Of a stretch of DNA of 38,983 nt, positions 24,592-35,023 are shown one piece after another. Within the stretch, counting starts at the first letter, position 1. Every line of letters begins with the position of its first letter. A model generated the notes under the pieces. That model ran no database searches and was not told the DNA's origin. It was given only the letters and a program-made list of their open reading frames with translations. The position numbers were made by a program, and so were the translations under genes. This DNA comes from Candidatus Gastranaerophilales bacterium (lineage in GTDB: Bacteria; Cyanobacteriota; Vampirovibrionia; Gastranaerophilales; Gastranaerophilaceae), in NCBI GenBank assembly GCA_944324875.1, contig CALUXZ010000001.1, forward strand, positions 1 through 38,983, written 5' to 3'.

Positions 24592-26487
24592 TTATGCTTG
24601 CTGACCTCTCTGTTCGATAATTTTATTCATAATTTCACTAAATTCCGCTTCGTCGAGTGTTTCTCGCTCCAATAATTCTTTTGCAATTTTTCTAAGCATA
24701 TCTTCATTTTCAGTTAACATTTGCTTAGCAATATTATATCTTTCATCAACAATTCTTTTTACTTCTTTATCGATATCAGCCGCAATTTCTTCACTAAAAT
24801 CACGTTGATGCCCAAAATCACGACCCATAAAAACATGTTCCTGGCTTGTGCCATAAGCCAAATTTCCCATTTTTTCGGACATACCGTAAACGGTAACCAT
24901 TTTGCGAGCAAGGGCAGAAACCTTTTCCAAATCATTTTGCGCACCTGTTGTTATGGAATCAGGTCCGTAAATCAATTCTTCAGCCACTCTGCCGCCAAGT
25001 ATCATGGTAATTCTATCTAAAAGTTGAGATTTTTTTAATGTTAAATGGTCTTTTTCAGGCAATACTGTTGTAATGCCAAGCGCCATACCACGTGGTATTA
25101 TTGAAACTTTATGCAAAGGATCGCAATCTTTTAAAAGCCTTGCAAGTAAAGCATGTCCAACTTCATGGTATGCAGTATTTTCTTTTTCTTCATCAGAAAT
25201 TATGCGTGATTTTTTCTCAGGACCTGCCATAACCTTGTCAATAGCTTCTTCTATATGCTCCATTGATATTTCGTTTTTATCATATCTGGCACTTAAAAGC
25301 GCAGCTTCATTCAAAAGATTTTGCAAATCAGCACCTGTAAAACCTGGGGTACGTTTAGCAAGAACTTTTAAATCAACATCTGATGCCAAAGGCTTGTTTT
25401 TAGCGTGCACAGCAAGGATTTGCTCACGTCCGAGTATATCGGGTCTGTTAATTATAATTTGCCTGTCAAATCTTCCCGGTCGCAATAATGCGTTATCAAG
25501 GATGTCAGGACGGTTAGTTGCGGCTAAAACAATAATATTTACATTTTCATCAAATCCATCCATTTCAACAAGCAACTGGTTTAGCGTTTGCTCACGCTCG
25601 TCATGACCGCCACCCATACCTGCGCCACGTTGTCTGCCCACAGCATCAATTTCATCAATAAATATTATGCATGGTTGGTGTTTTTTTGCTTGCTCAAATA
25701 AATCTCTAACACGAGAAGCGCCAACACCAACAAACATTTCAACAAAATCAGAACCTGAAATTGAAAAGAAAGGTACACCCGCTTCGCCTGCTACAGCTTT
25801 TGCCATAAGCGTTTTACCTGTTCCGGGGACACCGACCAAAAGTACACCTTTTGGAATTTTGGCTCCAAGTTTTGTATATTTATCGCCATTTTTAAGAAAA
25901 TCAACTATTTCTTCTAGCTCTTGCTTTTCTTCATCTATGCCTGCAACATCCTTAAATGTAACTTTAACTTTATTTTCTTGCATCATTTTTGCACGGGATT
26001 TCCCAAAGTTCATGGCAGCCGAACCACCTTGTTGAATGCCACGTAACAAAAGAATTATCAAACCAATAAAAAATATAGGCACCAACAAAGAGCCGATTGT
26101 GCCAAGAACAGAACCTTCTTGTGGTTTTTTAACATTTATTTCAACATTATTTTGTTCTAACACAGACAACAAATTCGGGTCGTTTTCGGGTATCTGAATT
26201 TTATACTGAAAAGTTGCACTTTGATTTACATTTGAAAGCCCGACGATATCCGTCTTGGGCGTTGCAGGTTTACTTTCAGTTTTTTTAGTATCATCTTTGG
26301 GAACTGCAATTACAAGATTTTTTGAAATTGTTACACTTTCAATTTGTCCCGCTTTTACTTTATCTAAAAATTGAGAATAAGAAAGTTCACCGCTTGTTGT
26401 AGTTGGACCTGCAAAGGCAACAACCGCAAGCAATACTACTATTATACCAACAATAATATAAACTCCTAAAGATTGATTTTTGTTCAT
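24592..26487 (-). CDS. ftsH: ATP-dependent zinc metalloprotease FtsH
   Basis: N-terminal TM segments, Walker A 'GVPGTGKTL', Walker B 'IIFIDEIDA', SRH '[19 protein letters not shown]', and Zn site 'HEVGHAL'. Confidence 0.95.
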   Translation of the reverse strand: MNKNQSLGVYIIVGIIVVLLAVVAFAGPTTTSGELSYSQFLDKVKAGQIESVTISKNLVIAVPKDDTKKTESKPATPKTDIVGLSNVNQSATFQYKIQIPENDPNLLSVLEQNNVEINVKKPQEGSVLGTIGSLLVPIFFIGLIILLLRGIQQGGSAAMNFGKSRAKMMQENKVKVTFKDVAGIDEEKQELEEIVDFLKNGDKYTKLGAKIPKGVLLVGVPGTGKTLMAKAVAGEAGVPFFSISGSDFVEMFVGVGASRVRDLFEQAKKHQPCIIFIDEIDAVGRQRGAGMGGGHDEREQTLNQLLVEMDGFDENVNIIVLAATNRPDILDNALLRPGRFDRQIIINRPDILGREQILAVHAKNKPLASDVDLKVLAKRTPGFTGADLQNLLNEAALLSARYDKNEISMEHIEEAIDKVMAGPEKKSRIISDEEKENTAYHEVGHALLARLLKDCDPLHKVSIIPRGMALGITTVLPEKDHLTLKKSQLLDRITMILGGRVAEELIYGPDSITTGAQNDLEKVSALARKMVTVYGMSEKMGNLAYGTSQEHVFMGRDFGHQRDFSEEIAADIDKEVKRIVDERYNIAKQMLTENEDMLRKIAKELLERETLDEAEFSEIMNKIIEQRGQQA

Positions 26488-26561
26488 TTTTACCCCTGTA
26501 ATAAATATTTTCTGTTGCCATTATATCAAAAGAATAATAAAATGTTAATCAGGAATATATT

Positions 26562-27077
26562 ATGTCAAAAGCTTATCTGTCACTGGGATCAAATTTAGGC
26601 GACCGCCTGTCGAATATTCAACAGGCGGTAAGACTTTTAACAAGCGATAATAATATAGAGCTTTTGCGTGCTTCATCTTTCTATGAAACTCAACCTTGGG
26701 GCTTAAGTTCGCAAAACTGGTTTATTAATGCTGCAATTGCAATAAAAACAGAGCTTTCTCCTATTGAGCTTTTAAGGGTATGTCAAGATATCGAAGCAAA
26801 ACTTGGCAGAATAAGAGAAGGTAAACCAAAATGGAGTGAAAGAGTTATAGATATTGATATATTATTTTACGACAATTTAGTTTTCAAGAATGAGATTCTT
26901 GAAATACCTCACAAATATGTGCACTTGAGAGCATTCGCACTTGTACCGATGATAGAGGTTAATGCCGATTATTCACACCCAATTTTTAACAAAACAATAA
27001 TTCAAATGCATGAAGAACTTGAAAATCCTGAAGATGTATTTTTGTACGGCACAGTACTTCCGGAAGCAAACAAATGA
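26562..27077 (+). CDS. folK: 2-amino-4-hydroxy-6-hydroxymethyldihydropteridine diphosphokinase
   Basis: 'AYLSLGSNLGDR', 'YETQPWG' and 'RVIDIDILFY' HPPK motifs. Confidence 0.85.
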   Translation: MSKAYLSLGSNLGDRLSNIQQAVRLLTSDNNIELLRASSFYETQPWGLSSQNWFINAAIAIKTELSPIELLRVCQDIEAKLGRIREGKPKWSERVIDIDILFYDNLVFKNEILEIPHKYVHLRAFALVPMIEVNADYSHPIFNKTIIQMHEELENPEDVFLYGTVLPEANK

Positions 27078-28141
27078 AAAAGATAGCCATAGTCGGAGGC
27101 GGGCCTGCCGGTATATACTGTGCACTACAATTGCAAGCTTGCAACAATTTAGAAATTCATATATTTGAAAAAAACACGCCTTTAAACACTCTTTTGCCAA
27201 CAGGTGGGGGTAGATGTAACTTAACACATTTTGCGCAGGATATTAAAGAACTTGCAAGCAACTATCCTCGTGGTGAAAAATTTCTTTACTCCGTTTTTTC
27301 AAATCACTTTATATGTGACACTCTTGATTTTTTTAAAAAAATCGGCATTAAAACATATATGCAAAATGACTTACGATATTTTCCCATCTCAAACAGCGCA
27401 AAAGATATGCGAATAAAAATGCTTGCAGCACTTGCCAAAGCAAGGATAATTAAAAAGAAAATAAAAAGGCTTGATGAACTAAAAGATTACAACACCATTG
27501 TTCTTGCTACAGGCTCTAAAGGCGGTTATAATCTGGCATGTGAGGCAGGGCATACAATAATAAAGCCAAAACCTGCTTTATGTGGTTTAAAACTTAGCGA
27601 AAACAGCCCGAAATACCCTCAAGGGGTTGTTTTAAAAACAGAACAAGGCGAAATTTTATTCACTAAAGATGGAATATCGGGTCCGCTTATTTACAAAATA
27701 TCGTCCATTAATGCAAGAAAAGATTTTCCATACGAAATAGAAATACCACTGATAAATCACGAGAAACTTTTTGAAGCAGTAAAAGAAAGCCCAAAGAAAA
27801 GTTTTGGTAACGTTGTATCTGGTTTTATACCAAAATCTTTAGCACAAGTTATTCTCAAAAATTACGGTAAAAAATGCGCAAATATAAGCAAAACGGAAAT
27901 ACTAGAACTTGTAAAGATAACCTTTAATGTAGTTTCAACCGACAACAAAGGAGAAATTGTGACCTCAGGCGGTGTAGATTTAAAGGAAATTACAAACTTA
28001 TGTCAGTCGAAAATAAATCCCAAATTATTTTTCTGTGGAGAAATAATGGATATTGACGGATTTTGCGGCGGGTACAATTTGCAAAACTGTTGGAGTAGTG
28101 CTTATTGTGCTGCAAAGGGAATTAGAACATACCTTTTTTAG
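27074..28141 (+). CDS. HI0933/BaiN-like NAD(P)/FAD-dependent oxidoreductase (short form)
   Basis: 'KIAIVGGGPAGIYCA' dinucleotide motif, 'GGGRCNLTH', and C-terminal 'GEIMDIDGFCGGYNLQ'. Confidence 0.7.
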   Translation: MKKIAIVGGGPAGIYCALQLQACNNLEIHIFEKNTPLNTLLPTGGGRCNLTHFAQDIKELASNYPRGEKFLYSVFSNHFICDTLDFFKKIGIKTYMQNDLRYFPISNSAKDMRIKMLAALAKARIIKKKIKRLDELKDYNTIVLATGSKGGYNLACEAGHTIIKPKPALCGLKLSENSPKYPQGVVLKTEQGEILFTKDGISGPLIYKISSINARKDFPYEIEIPLINHEKLFEAVKESPKKSFGNVVSGFIPKSLAQVILKNYGKKCANISKTEILELVKITFNVVSTDNKGEIVTSGGVDLKEITNLCQSKINPKLFFCGEIMDIDGFCGGYNLQNCWSSAYCAAKGIRTYLF

Positions 28142-29081
28142 CAAAAAGAGCAGCCGCAAGAACAGAGGCCAAACCCGAGATAAATATTACAATGATAAAA
28201 CCAAACTGATGTGCAGCAAAAGGCAGATGGACATTCATACCCCAAAAACTTGCAAACATAGTGGGTATGGCAAGAATTATCGTAATAGATGTTAAAAATT
28301 TCATCACAATGTTTAAGTTATTTGAGATAATTGAAGCAAAGGCATCCATCATATTTTCGAGAATGTTTCTGTGCATTTCAACCATTTCTAATGCCTGCTT
28401 ATTCTCAATAATTACATCTTCAAGTAAATCAATGTCATCTTCATTAAATTTTAAAGGCGTTATAAAAGTAGATTTTGTAAGACGCATTATTTTTTGCAAG
28501 ACTATATAATTATCTTTTAATGCGGTTGTAAAATATACCAAAGATTTTTGAGCTTCAAACAATTGAAAAAGAGCCTTATTTTTCATTGTTCTTCTTAAAT
28601 CATCCTCAATCTTATCAGTTTGCTTATTTATAAAATTTAAGTATCTCAGGTAATATTTTGTAGAGCGGAAAAGAATATTTAACAAAAATCTTGTTTTATT
28701 TCTTGTATCAAAAAAACTTGCCGTTTCTTTATTAAAAGAACTTATAATTCTGTTTTCCTTAGAACAAACCGTAATAAAACTTGTAGGAGTGAATATAATA
28801 CCTAATGGCAAGGTATCAAATGCACCTTCATCCTCCATTACGGGTATATTTGTAATGATTAACAAATGTCCGTCTTCATATTCCATACGTGAACGCTCAT
28901 CTACGTCAAGAGAATTTCTTAAAAAACTCTCATCTAAATTCAAAACAAGGGAAACTTTTTGAATTTCTTCATAAGTGGGGTCAATTAAATTAAACCAAGA
29001 ACCGCACTGTGCCTCTGATATACTTAGTTCGACAAGCTCATTATTATCTTGTGTTTTTAAAATCTCTATCATCCGAACCAA
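28122..29081 (-). CDS. corA: CorA-family magnesium/cobalt transporter; start uncertain (TTG 29081 or ATG 29072)
   Basis: 'FWGMNV' GMN signature before the last TM helix; two C-terminal TM segments; ~315 aa. Confidence 0.85.
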   Translation of the reverse strand: MVRMIEILKTQDNNELVELSISEAQCGSWFNLIDPTYEEIQKVSLVLNLDESFLRNSLDVDERSRMEYEDGHLLIITNIPVMEDEGAFDTLPLGIIFTPTSFITVCSKENRIISSFNKETASFFDTRNKTRFLLNILFRSTKYYLRYLNFINKQTDKIEDDLRRTMKNKALFQLFEAQKSLVYFTTALKDNYIVLQKIMRLTKSTFITPLKFNEDDIDLLEDVIIENKQALEMVEMHRNILENMMDAFASIISNNLNIVMKFLTSITIILAIPTMFASFWGMNVHLPFAAHQFGFIIVIFISGLASVLAAALFAKKGMF

Positions 29082-29123
29082 ATCCGCTATCTTGCCACAA
29101 CTAAATTAAACTACACAAAAAAA

Positions 29124-29744
29124 CTATTGTAAAGCCTTTGAAAAACTGCCAAGCATTTTTTCAAAACTTTCAATGCTAAAACCAACAACGTTTAAGTAAT
29201 CACCGTCAATTTTTTGAATAAAAGAGGCTTTGGGAGGGTTAAAAAAATTATCTTCGCTAATAAAATCCTGTATACCGTAACTGCCTGCTTTGTCCATAGG
29301 ATTTTTGTTCTTAATATAATTAATAATTTCATCATCGTAAATTTCTCTAAAAGTAACTTTTGTTAAAGTAAAATCAGTAACTGATTTTAAACTTTTAGCA
29401 TCAACTAAGCTAATAGAAGTGACTACATCATGTGAGTTTGCACTAAGATTTTTAAGCATAAAAACAGCCTCGTTGAAATTTCGAGGCTTGTTTAACAAAC
29501 ACACACTATCGAGGATTACCATGGTGTCGGCACCGATAACCACTGCGTCACTCTGAATTCGTTGAGCAACGTCTAGTGCCTTACCCAATGAATTCTTTTT
29601 TATATTTTCATACGAAAATGTCTCAAATTTTTCTTCCTTATAAAACGATTTTACAATTTCAAATTCATACCCGTAACGCAAAAGTATTTCTTTACGCCTT
29701 GGTGAATTTGAAGCCAGTATTATTTTTTTTGCAAAATTTTTCAT
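29124..29744 (-). CDS. maf: Maf-like nucleoside triphosphate pyrophosphatase
   Basis: 'KIILASNSPRRKEIL', 'VIGADTMV' and 'DKAGSYGIQ' motifs. The ATG at 29744 is preferred over the upstream start. Confidence 0.85.
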   Translation of the reverse strand: MKNFAKKIILASNSPRRKEILLRYGYEFEIVKSFYKEEKFETFSYENIKKNSLGKALDVAQRIQSDAVVIGADTMVILDSVCLLNKPRNFNEAVFMLKNLSANSHDVVTSISLVDAKSLKSVTDFTLTKVTFREIYDDEIINYIKNKNPMDKAGSYGIQDFISEDNFFNPPKASFIQKIDGDYLNVVGFSIESFEKMLGSFSKALQ

Positions 29745-29763
29745 TTTGCAATTATAACACAAA

Positions 29764-30030
29764 CTATTTTACAGCTTGAGCCGGTTTTTTAATTTTAATA
29801 TTTCTTGATTTACGATATTGAATATTTAAAGAAATGGCTTTTATGCAAGTTGATTTTAATTGTTGCTGAATATTTAATGTATTCATTTGAATCATTGCAT
29901 AATCGTTCATAGCATCAAGCATTTTTTGCGGATCAATCATTGATGTTTGAATAACAGGGTTATCAACCTTTAAACCTTGATATTTTTTTACTAAAAGTAC
30001 ATCAATTTTATCCTTAGCGCCTATAGCCAT
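29764..30030 (-). CDS. hypothetical 88-aa protein with basic C-terminal tail
   Basis: GGGAGAAG RBS upstream of the ATG. The stop is 19 nt before the maf start. No motif recognised. Confidence 0.5.
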   Translation of the reverse strand: MAIGAKDKIDVLLVKKYQGLKVDNPVIQTSMIDPQKMLDAMNDYAMIQMNTLNIQQQLKSTCIKAISLNIQYRKSRNIKIKKPAQAVK

Positions 30031-30129
30031 TTTCTTCTCCCTATAATTTTTAAATCCCGTTTCCTATATTTTAATAAAGTATTTTATGAAGAAGAAATTG
30101 CGAAATAAGAATAATTTGCTTAACAAAAG

Positions 30130-31317
30130 TTAACAATTAACTTCAGACTCAAAAAGTTCTTTTAAATCCTTTGTTATACCGAAAAGACCGGTTAAAAAAG
30201 CAATTGAGCTCATTATTATAAGAATTTTATCCACGCCAAAATACTGACCAATAAATCCCATAGGGGCAAGGAATAAAGCACCCAAACCCCAGCTAAAACC
30301 TTGCATAATACCGGATATTACACCTTTATTTTTACTTACCAGTTTTTGCGCACTTACCAGTGTAACTGATACGGAAAGAAGTATGAAAAAGCCAGTAATT
30401 ATAAACAATACAGCTGACAAATAAGGTAATATATCTAATACATACAACGTTAAAAGAGTAAGAGGCAAGATAGAACAGAAAGAAAATCTTATAACATTTG
30501 TGCCACCAATTTTTTCTTCAAGCTTGGGGCTAATCATTGTTGCAATCCCGCTTATGGTAAAAAATAAGGTAACAACAAGACCAATTTGGTTTAAATTAAA
30601 ACCGTTATTTTCTAACAAAAATGGCATATAAGTACCAAAACTTATGCTAACTCCCGATTTTACAACAGAAATAAGCACAAGTCCCAGAATAACTTTAGAA
30701 CTTAAAATTTCCTTCATTATAGGCAGAAATTTTTCTTTTCTTTGGCATACAGTTTCCGCAGGAATTTTTGGAACGACAAAATAGATTAACAATGCAGTTA
30801 ATATCCCGGGAATAGAAAATAACAGCAGGGAGTTTTCTCCAAAGGCAGCAAGGGCGGCAGATGAACAAACAGGACCAATTGCATAACCTATGGTTCCTAA
30901 ACCCAGAAATATGCCCATATACTTTGAAAGTTTAGGGTTATTATAACAAAAAGTATTAACAAGACAGGTAACTTGAGGATGATAAAAAGCATTGCCACAC
31001 ATACCAAATACCAAAAATAAAGCTAAAAATTTTGCAGAGTTTGAAACTACTGTTAAGGGTATAAAAACTGAAGCCATAACAAGACCCCAAAACATAAAAG
31101 TTCTGTGCTTGAGTTTATCAGAAATATACCCAAAAACAGGCTGTAACATAGAAGATAGCATGTGCCCAAAAGCAATAATTGTACTTATAAAAGAAAGTGA
31201 AATGCCTAATTTAGCCGTAATAGCAGGATACAACGGCACAAGAATTGAAGCATACCAATCTACCATAAAATGTCCGCTGCATAATCCGACGATTGCTTTT
31301 TTATCTGCATTTTTCAT
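30130..31317 (-). CDS. MFS transporter
   Basis: 395 aa, ~12 hydrophobic segments, 6+6 layout with a central loop 'QRKEKFLPIMKE'. Confidence 0.75.
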   Translation of the reverse strand: MKNADKKAIVGLCSGHFMVDWYASILVPLYPAITAKLGISLSFISTIIAFGHMLSSMLQPVFGYISDKLKHRTFMFWGLVMASVFIPLTVVSNSAKFLALFLVFGMCGNAFYHPQVTCLVNTFCYNNPKLSKYMGIFLGLGTIGYAIGPVCSSAALAAFGENSLLLFSIPGILTALLIYFVVPKIPAETVCQRKEKFLPIMKEILSSKVILGLVLISVVKSGVSISFGTYMPFLLENNGFNLNQIGLVVTLFFTISGIATMISPKLEEKIGGTNVIRFSFCSILPLTLLTLYVLDILPYLSAVLFIITGFFILLSVSVTLVSAQKLVSKNKGVISGIMQGFSWGLGALFLAPMGFIGQYFGVDKILIIMSSIAFLTGLFGITKDLKELFESEVNC

Positions 31318-31335
31318 TGTTGCTAATACCTTCTC

Positions 31336-32841
31336 TTAGTGTCTAAAGTGTCTAATCCCCGTTATAGCCATGACAAGACCCATTTTATCAGCAGTTTCAA
31401 TTACCTCTTTATCTTTAATTGAACCCGCCGGCTGAATAATTGCAGCAATTCTATTTTGTGCTGCCAAATGAATATTATCTATTGCAGGGAAAAAACCATC
31501 GCTTGCAAGAATTGCATCTTTTGGAGAATCACAAACACGATTTATAGCAATTTCAACAGCACCGACCCTGCTTGTTTGTCCGCCACAAATACCTAAAGTG
31601 CGTAAATCTTTAGCAACAACTATACCGTTAGATTTAACATGTTTTGCAATTTTAAATGCAAACACCATATCTTCGATTTGTTCTTGTGTGGGCTTTTGTT
31701 TTGTAACAATCTTAAATTTATCGGGATCAAGCTCAAGTGTATCTTTTTCCTGAACAAGTACGCCAAAGGGAGTTAATTTAACCTCTTGTGGTACAAAATT
31801 TGTATATTTTTCGTAAGGCGTATTTATTTTTATAACCCTCAATTTTTCCTTTGTTTTTAATATCTCAAGCGCGGCTTGCGAATAAGATGGCGCAATGACT
31901 ATTTCTAAAAACATAGACGTTAAATGCTTAGCAACAGTATCATCTATTTCTTTTGTAAAGGCAACTATTCCGCCAAAAGCACTTAAGGGGTCGCAATCCA
32001 GCGCTTTTTTCCAAGCATCTTCAATGCTTTTACCCAGAGCAACCCCGCATGGGTTTGTATGTTTTACAATAACACAACAATTTACATCAAAAAACTCTGC
32101 AGCAATATTAACTGCAGCAGTTGCATCCAGTATATTGTTATAAGACATTTCTTTACCGTTTAAAATTTCATAGTCCAGCTGCTTATCATACGAATACAAA
32201 GCAGCCTTTTGGTGAGGATTTTCGCCATATCTTAAATCATTTATTTTATTTAAATATAAAGCCTTTATATCATTTAAAGAATTACTCTCCTGTATGCCAA
32301 AATTATAAGAAAGCTCTTCTAATATTGTATAATCATACTCGGAAGTTTTTTCAAAAACCTTTAGGGCAAGCTTCTGTCTTGTAATTTCATCAATATTGTC
32401 AAAATCAAGGTTATAATCGCAAATATCACAAATAGCAGTAACATTTTTATAATTTTTTGCACCTGCACGCAAAAGCGCAACACCTCCAATGTCAATATTT
32501 TTTAAAAGCGTATCAATATCAGTATTTTTGCCTTTATACTCCTCAAATGGGTATAAATTAACAACAACAAGCGAAAAGGGTTCACTATCCAAAGTTTTTA
32601 TCTCATCTTCATTTGCAAGGATTGGAGCAAAAATTTTAGGATGCAAAGATTTCACTTTGCCGTTTAAAAGTTCGCTAAAACCTGTAATAGTTGAACTTTC
32701 TAGAGCATTTATACCATTATCAATTAAAACCTTGCATGTATTACCTGTTGAGACAATTTCCCATCCATTGCAGACCAGCTTTTTTGCAAGTTCAACAATT
32801 CCGGTTTTGTCAAATACGCTTATATATGCTCGTTTTTTCAT
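31336..32841 (-). CDS. purH: bifunctional AICAR transformylase / IMP cyclohydrolase
   Basis: 'KKRAYISVFDKTG', 'STGNT' and C-terminal 'AMAITGIRHFRH'. ATG 32841 is preceded by GAGGA. Confidence 0.9.
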   Translation of the reverse strand: MKKRAYISVFDKTGIVELAKKLVCNGWEIVSTGNTCKVLIDNGINALESSTITGFSELLNGKVKSLHPKIFAPILANEDEIKTLDSEPFSLVVVNLYPFEEYKGKNTDIDTLLKNIDIGGVALLRAGAKNYKNVTAICDICDYNLDFDNIDEITRQKLALKVFEKTSEYDYTILEELSYNFGIQESNSLNDIKALYLNKINDLRYGENPHQKAALYSYDKQLDYEILNGKEMSYNNILDATAAVNIAAEFFDVNCCVIVKHTNPCGVALGKSIEDAWKKALDCDPLSAFGGIVAFTKEIDDTVAKHLTSMFLEIVIAPSYSQAALEILKTKEKLRVIKINTPYEKYTNFVPQEVKLTPFGVLVQEKDTLELDPDKFKIVTKQKPTQEQIEDMVFAFKIAKHVKSNGIVVAKDLRTLGICGGQTSRVGAVEIAINRVCDSPKDAILASDGFFPAIDNIHLAAQNRIAAIIQPAGSIKDKEVIETADKMGLVMAITGIRHFRH

Positions 32842-32894
32842 AAAATCCTCACTCAAATCTACGCAAGAATTTTAGCACAAGCATTTTAAATATT

Positions 32895-33095
32895 CTAGCC
32901 GCCGCCACAAAAAGTTGCTACTTCGATATTATCGCCATTTTTTAGAATTTCATTGCTGAAATTTTCTTTGTAAACTATATTCATATTTTTTTCAACAACG
33001 AAAAACTTCGGCAACTCCATATTGCTTAAAAGCTTATCCAGAGTTGTATTTTCAGGAATTTCTTTTTTAATACCATTAAGAATTATTTGAACCAT
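32895..33095 (-). CDS. thiS: ThiS/MoaD-like sulfur carrier protein; start ambiguous (33095, 33101 or 33110)
   Basis: 66 aa from 'MVQIILNG', ending '...GDNIEVATFCGGG' (C-terminal Gly-Gly). Overlaps the surE 3' end in another frame. Confidence 0.65.
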   Translation of the reverse strand: MVQIILNGIKKEIPENTTLDKLLSNMELPKFFVVEKNMNIVYKENFSNEILKNGDNIEVATFCGGG

Positions 33096-33888
33096 AGCCA
33101 TACCAGTCACAAATACCGTCTTTACAAAATTCTTTTTCCAAATCTGCCATAATACTTTTGTGAGTCATCTCAAAAGTAACAGGCGTAATTGAAATTCTAT
33201 TTGCACGAACTGCGCTTATATCAGTACCATCTTCCTCGTGTTTTGTTGTAAGCTCACCAGCCATCCAATAGTACACTTTACCTCTTGGGTCAATGCGCTT
33301 TTCGTAACTGTCAGTAAACATTTTTGTACCAAGTTTAGTTATTTCAACACCTGCAATATCATCTTCTTCAAGAGCGGGAGTGTTAATATTTAATATTGTT
33401 TTTTTCGGAAAATTAATTTTTTGAATTTTAGGCAAGAACTTTGCAATAAAATCCGCAGTAACATCAAAATACAGGGGGTCAGATGTCATACTTGCAAGAG
33501 ATACTGCAATGCTTGGATAATCAAGCATTGCTCCTTCCATTGCACAACTTACCGTACCTGAATACAAAATATCAGTACCTAAGTTTGGTCCATGGTTAAT
33601 GCCTGAAATTACAATATTAGGCAATTCGCCCTGCTCTAAAACAGCGCAAATACCAAGTTTTATACAGTCCCCTGGGGTACCTGATGTGACCCAAACTCTT
33701 TTTGCGCCAAACTGCGATTCGAGCTCCTCGACTCTCAAGGGCGTATGCAATGTAAGAGAATGACCCGCCGCACTTCTTTCCCTATCAGGTGCTACAACAT
33801 ATACATCATGTTCTTTAGATAATCTTGTTATTAAGGCTTTTATACCGGTTGCCGCTATTCCGTCATCATTAGAAATTAAAATTCGCAT
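33076..33888 (-). CDS. surE: 5'/3'-nucleotidase SurE
   Basis: 'MRILISNDDGI' N-terminus, 'GINHGPNLG' and 'YSGTV'. ATG 33888 is preceded by AGGTGGA. Confidence 0.9.
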   Translation of the reverse strand: MRILISNDDGIAATGIKALITRLSKEHDVYVVAPDRERSAAGHSLTLHTPLRVEELESQFGAKRVWVTSGTPGDCIKLGICAVLEQGELPNIVISGINHGPNLGTDILYSGTVSCAMEGAMLDYPSIAVSLASMTSDPLYFDVTADFIAKFLPKIQKINFPKKTILNINTPALEEDDIAGVEITKLGTKMFTDSYEKRIDPRGKVYYWMAGELTTKHEEDGTDISAVRANRISITPVTFEMTHKSIMADLEKEFCKDGICDWYGYGSNNS

Positions 33889-34000
33889 AAATCCACCTAG
33901 ATAAACTGTCAATAAATTTAATTATAGCATAATTATTAACAAATTTGCCAAAACTCTTTACAGATTATAAAATTTTATTAGATGGATTAAGGGTGAACCT

Positions 34001-34921
34001 ATGAAAAAAGCTTATAATGCTTTTAGTGATTATTTAAAAGAAAAATTTGGTCAAAAAGTTTATAAAATAACTATTGATGCCGGTTTCTCCTGTCCAAACA
34101 GAGATGGCACAATATCAAGTGGCGGCTGTATATTTTGCGATGAATCGGGAAGTTTTTCAAAGGCACATTCAAACGAACTTGATATAAAAAATCAAATCAA
34201 AACCGGAATTAAAACACTAAATGAACGTTTTGGCGCACAAAAGTTTCTGGCATACTTTCAGGCCTTTACAAATACATATGCCCCCGTTGAAAAACTAAAA
34301 AAAATTTATGATGCAGCTTTTTGCGATGACAGAGTTCTTGGTATTTCAATAGGTACACGCCCTGACTGCGTTGATGAGAAAAAACTTGATTTGATTGCAA
34401 CATACAAAAACCCTTGGCTTGAGCTTGGTTTGCAAAGTACACACAATGAAACGCTTAAAAAAATTAATCGAGGGCACGACTACGAATGTTTTTTAAAGGC
34501 TTATAAACTTGCTAAAGCAAGAAATATTAACGTCTGCGTACACATGGTATTAGGATTTAAAAATGAAACGCAAGAAATGATGTTAAAAAGTGCTAAAAGA
34601 CTTGCCGCACTTAAAATAGACGGTATAAAGCTTCACATGCTGACAGTGCTTGAAGATGCGCCGCTTGCAAAAATATATAAAGAAAAACCTTTTGAATTAC
34701 TTACTATGCAGGAATATTGCGAAATTGTATGCGATTTTTTAGAACTTTTACCACCCGAAACAACTATTCACAGGCTTGCAGGCAGTGGTTATTCAAAAAC
34801 ACTTATTGCACCAAAATGGGTAAATAACAAATTTGAAACACTAAATTTAATTGATAAAATTTTTGAGAAAAGAAAAACAAAACAAGGCATTAAACATTAC
34901 AAAAACGAGTGCGTGAATTAA
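34001..34921 (+). CDS. TIGR01212-family radical SAM protein (YhcC-like)
   Basis: 'KITIDAGFSCPNRDGTISSGGCIFCDESGS' is characteristic of this family. Confidence 0.8.
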   Translation: MKKAYNAFSDYLKEKFGQKVYKITIDAGFSCPNRDGTISSGGCIFCDESGSFSKAHSNELDIKNQIKTGIKTLNERFGAQKFLAYFQAFTNTYAPVEKLKKIYDAAFCDDRVLGISIGTRPDCVDEKKLDLIATYKNPWLELGLQSTHNETLKKINRGHDYECFLKAYKLAKARNINVCVHMVLGFKNETQEMMLKSAKRLAALKIDGIKLHMLTVLEDAPLAKIYKEKPFELLTMQEYCEIVCDFLELLPPETTIHRLAGSGYSKTLIAPKWVNNKFETLNLIDKIFEKRKTKQGIKHYKNECVN

Positions 34922-34935
34922 GATACGAAAATCAA

Positions 34936-34965
34936 AAAGAGCCTAGCGCACGGGCTCTTTTTTAT
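34936..34965 (+). terminator. rho-independent terminator
   Basis: AAAGAGCC (34936-34943) / GGCTCTTT (34953-34960) stem, 9-nt loop, T-run to ~34964. Confidence 0.75.
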
Positions 34966-35023
34966 AGCAATTTTTTTAGTTCAGCAGTTTTATATTACTG
35001 TACAAAAAAGCTTAAGTCAAAAA

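Noticed and set aside
24721-26035. Three long + strand ORFs (24721-25020, 25073-25606, 25667-26035) opposite ftsH
   Set aside because: They lie entirely antisense to a highly conserved, motif-complete FtsH gene. Their products are low-complexity (Ser/Phe/Ile-rich) with no motifs. These are typical shadow ORFs. The same reasoning applies to the other antisense ORFs in the track (for example 1664-1900, 2241-2432, 4626-4907, 7619-7828, 9244-9438, 15366-16508, 19559-20122, 28261-28509, 30992-31339, 31895-32875, 35056-35367, 37072-37362, 38415-38809).
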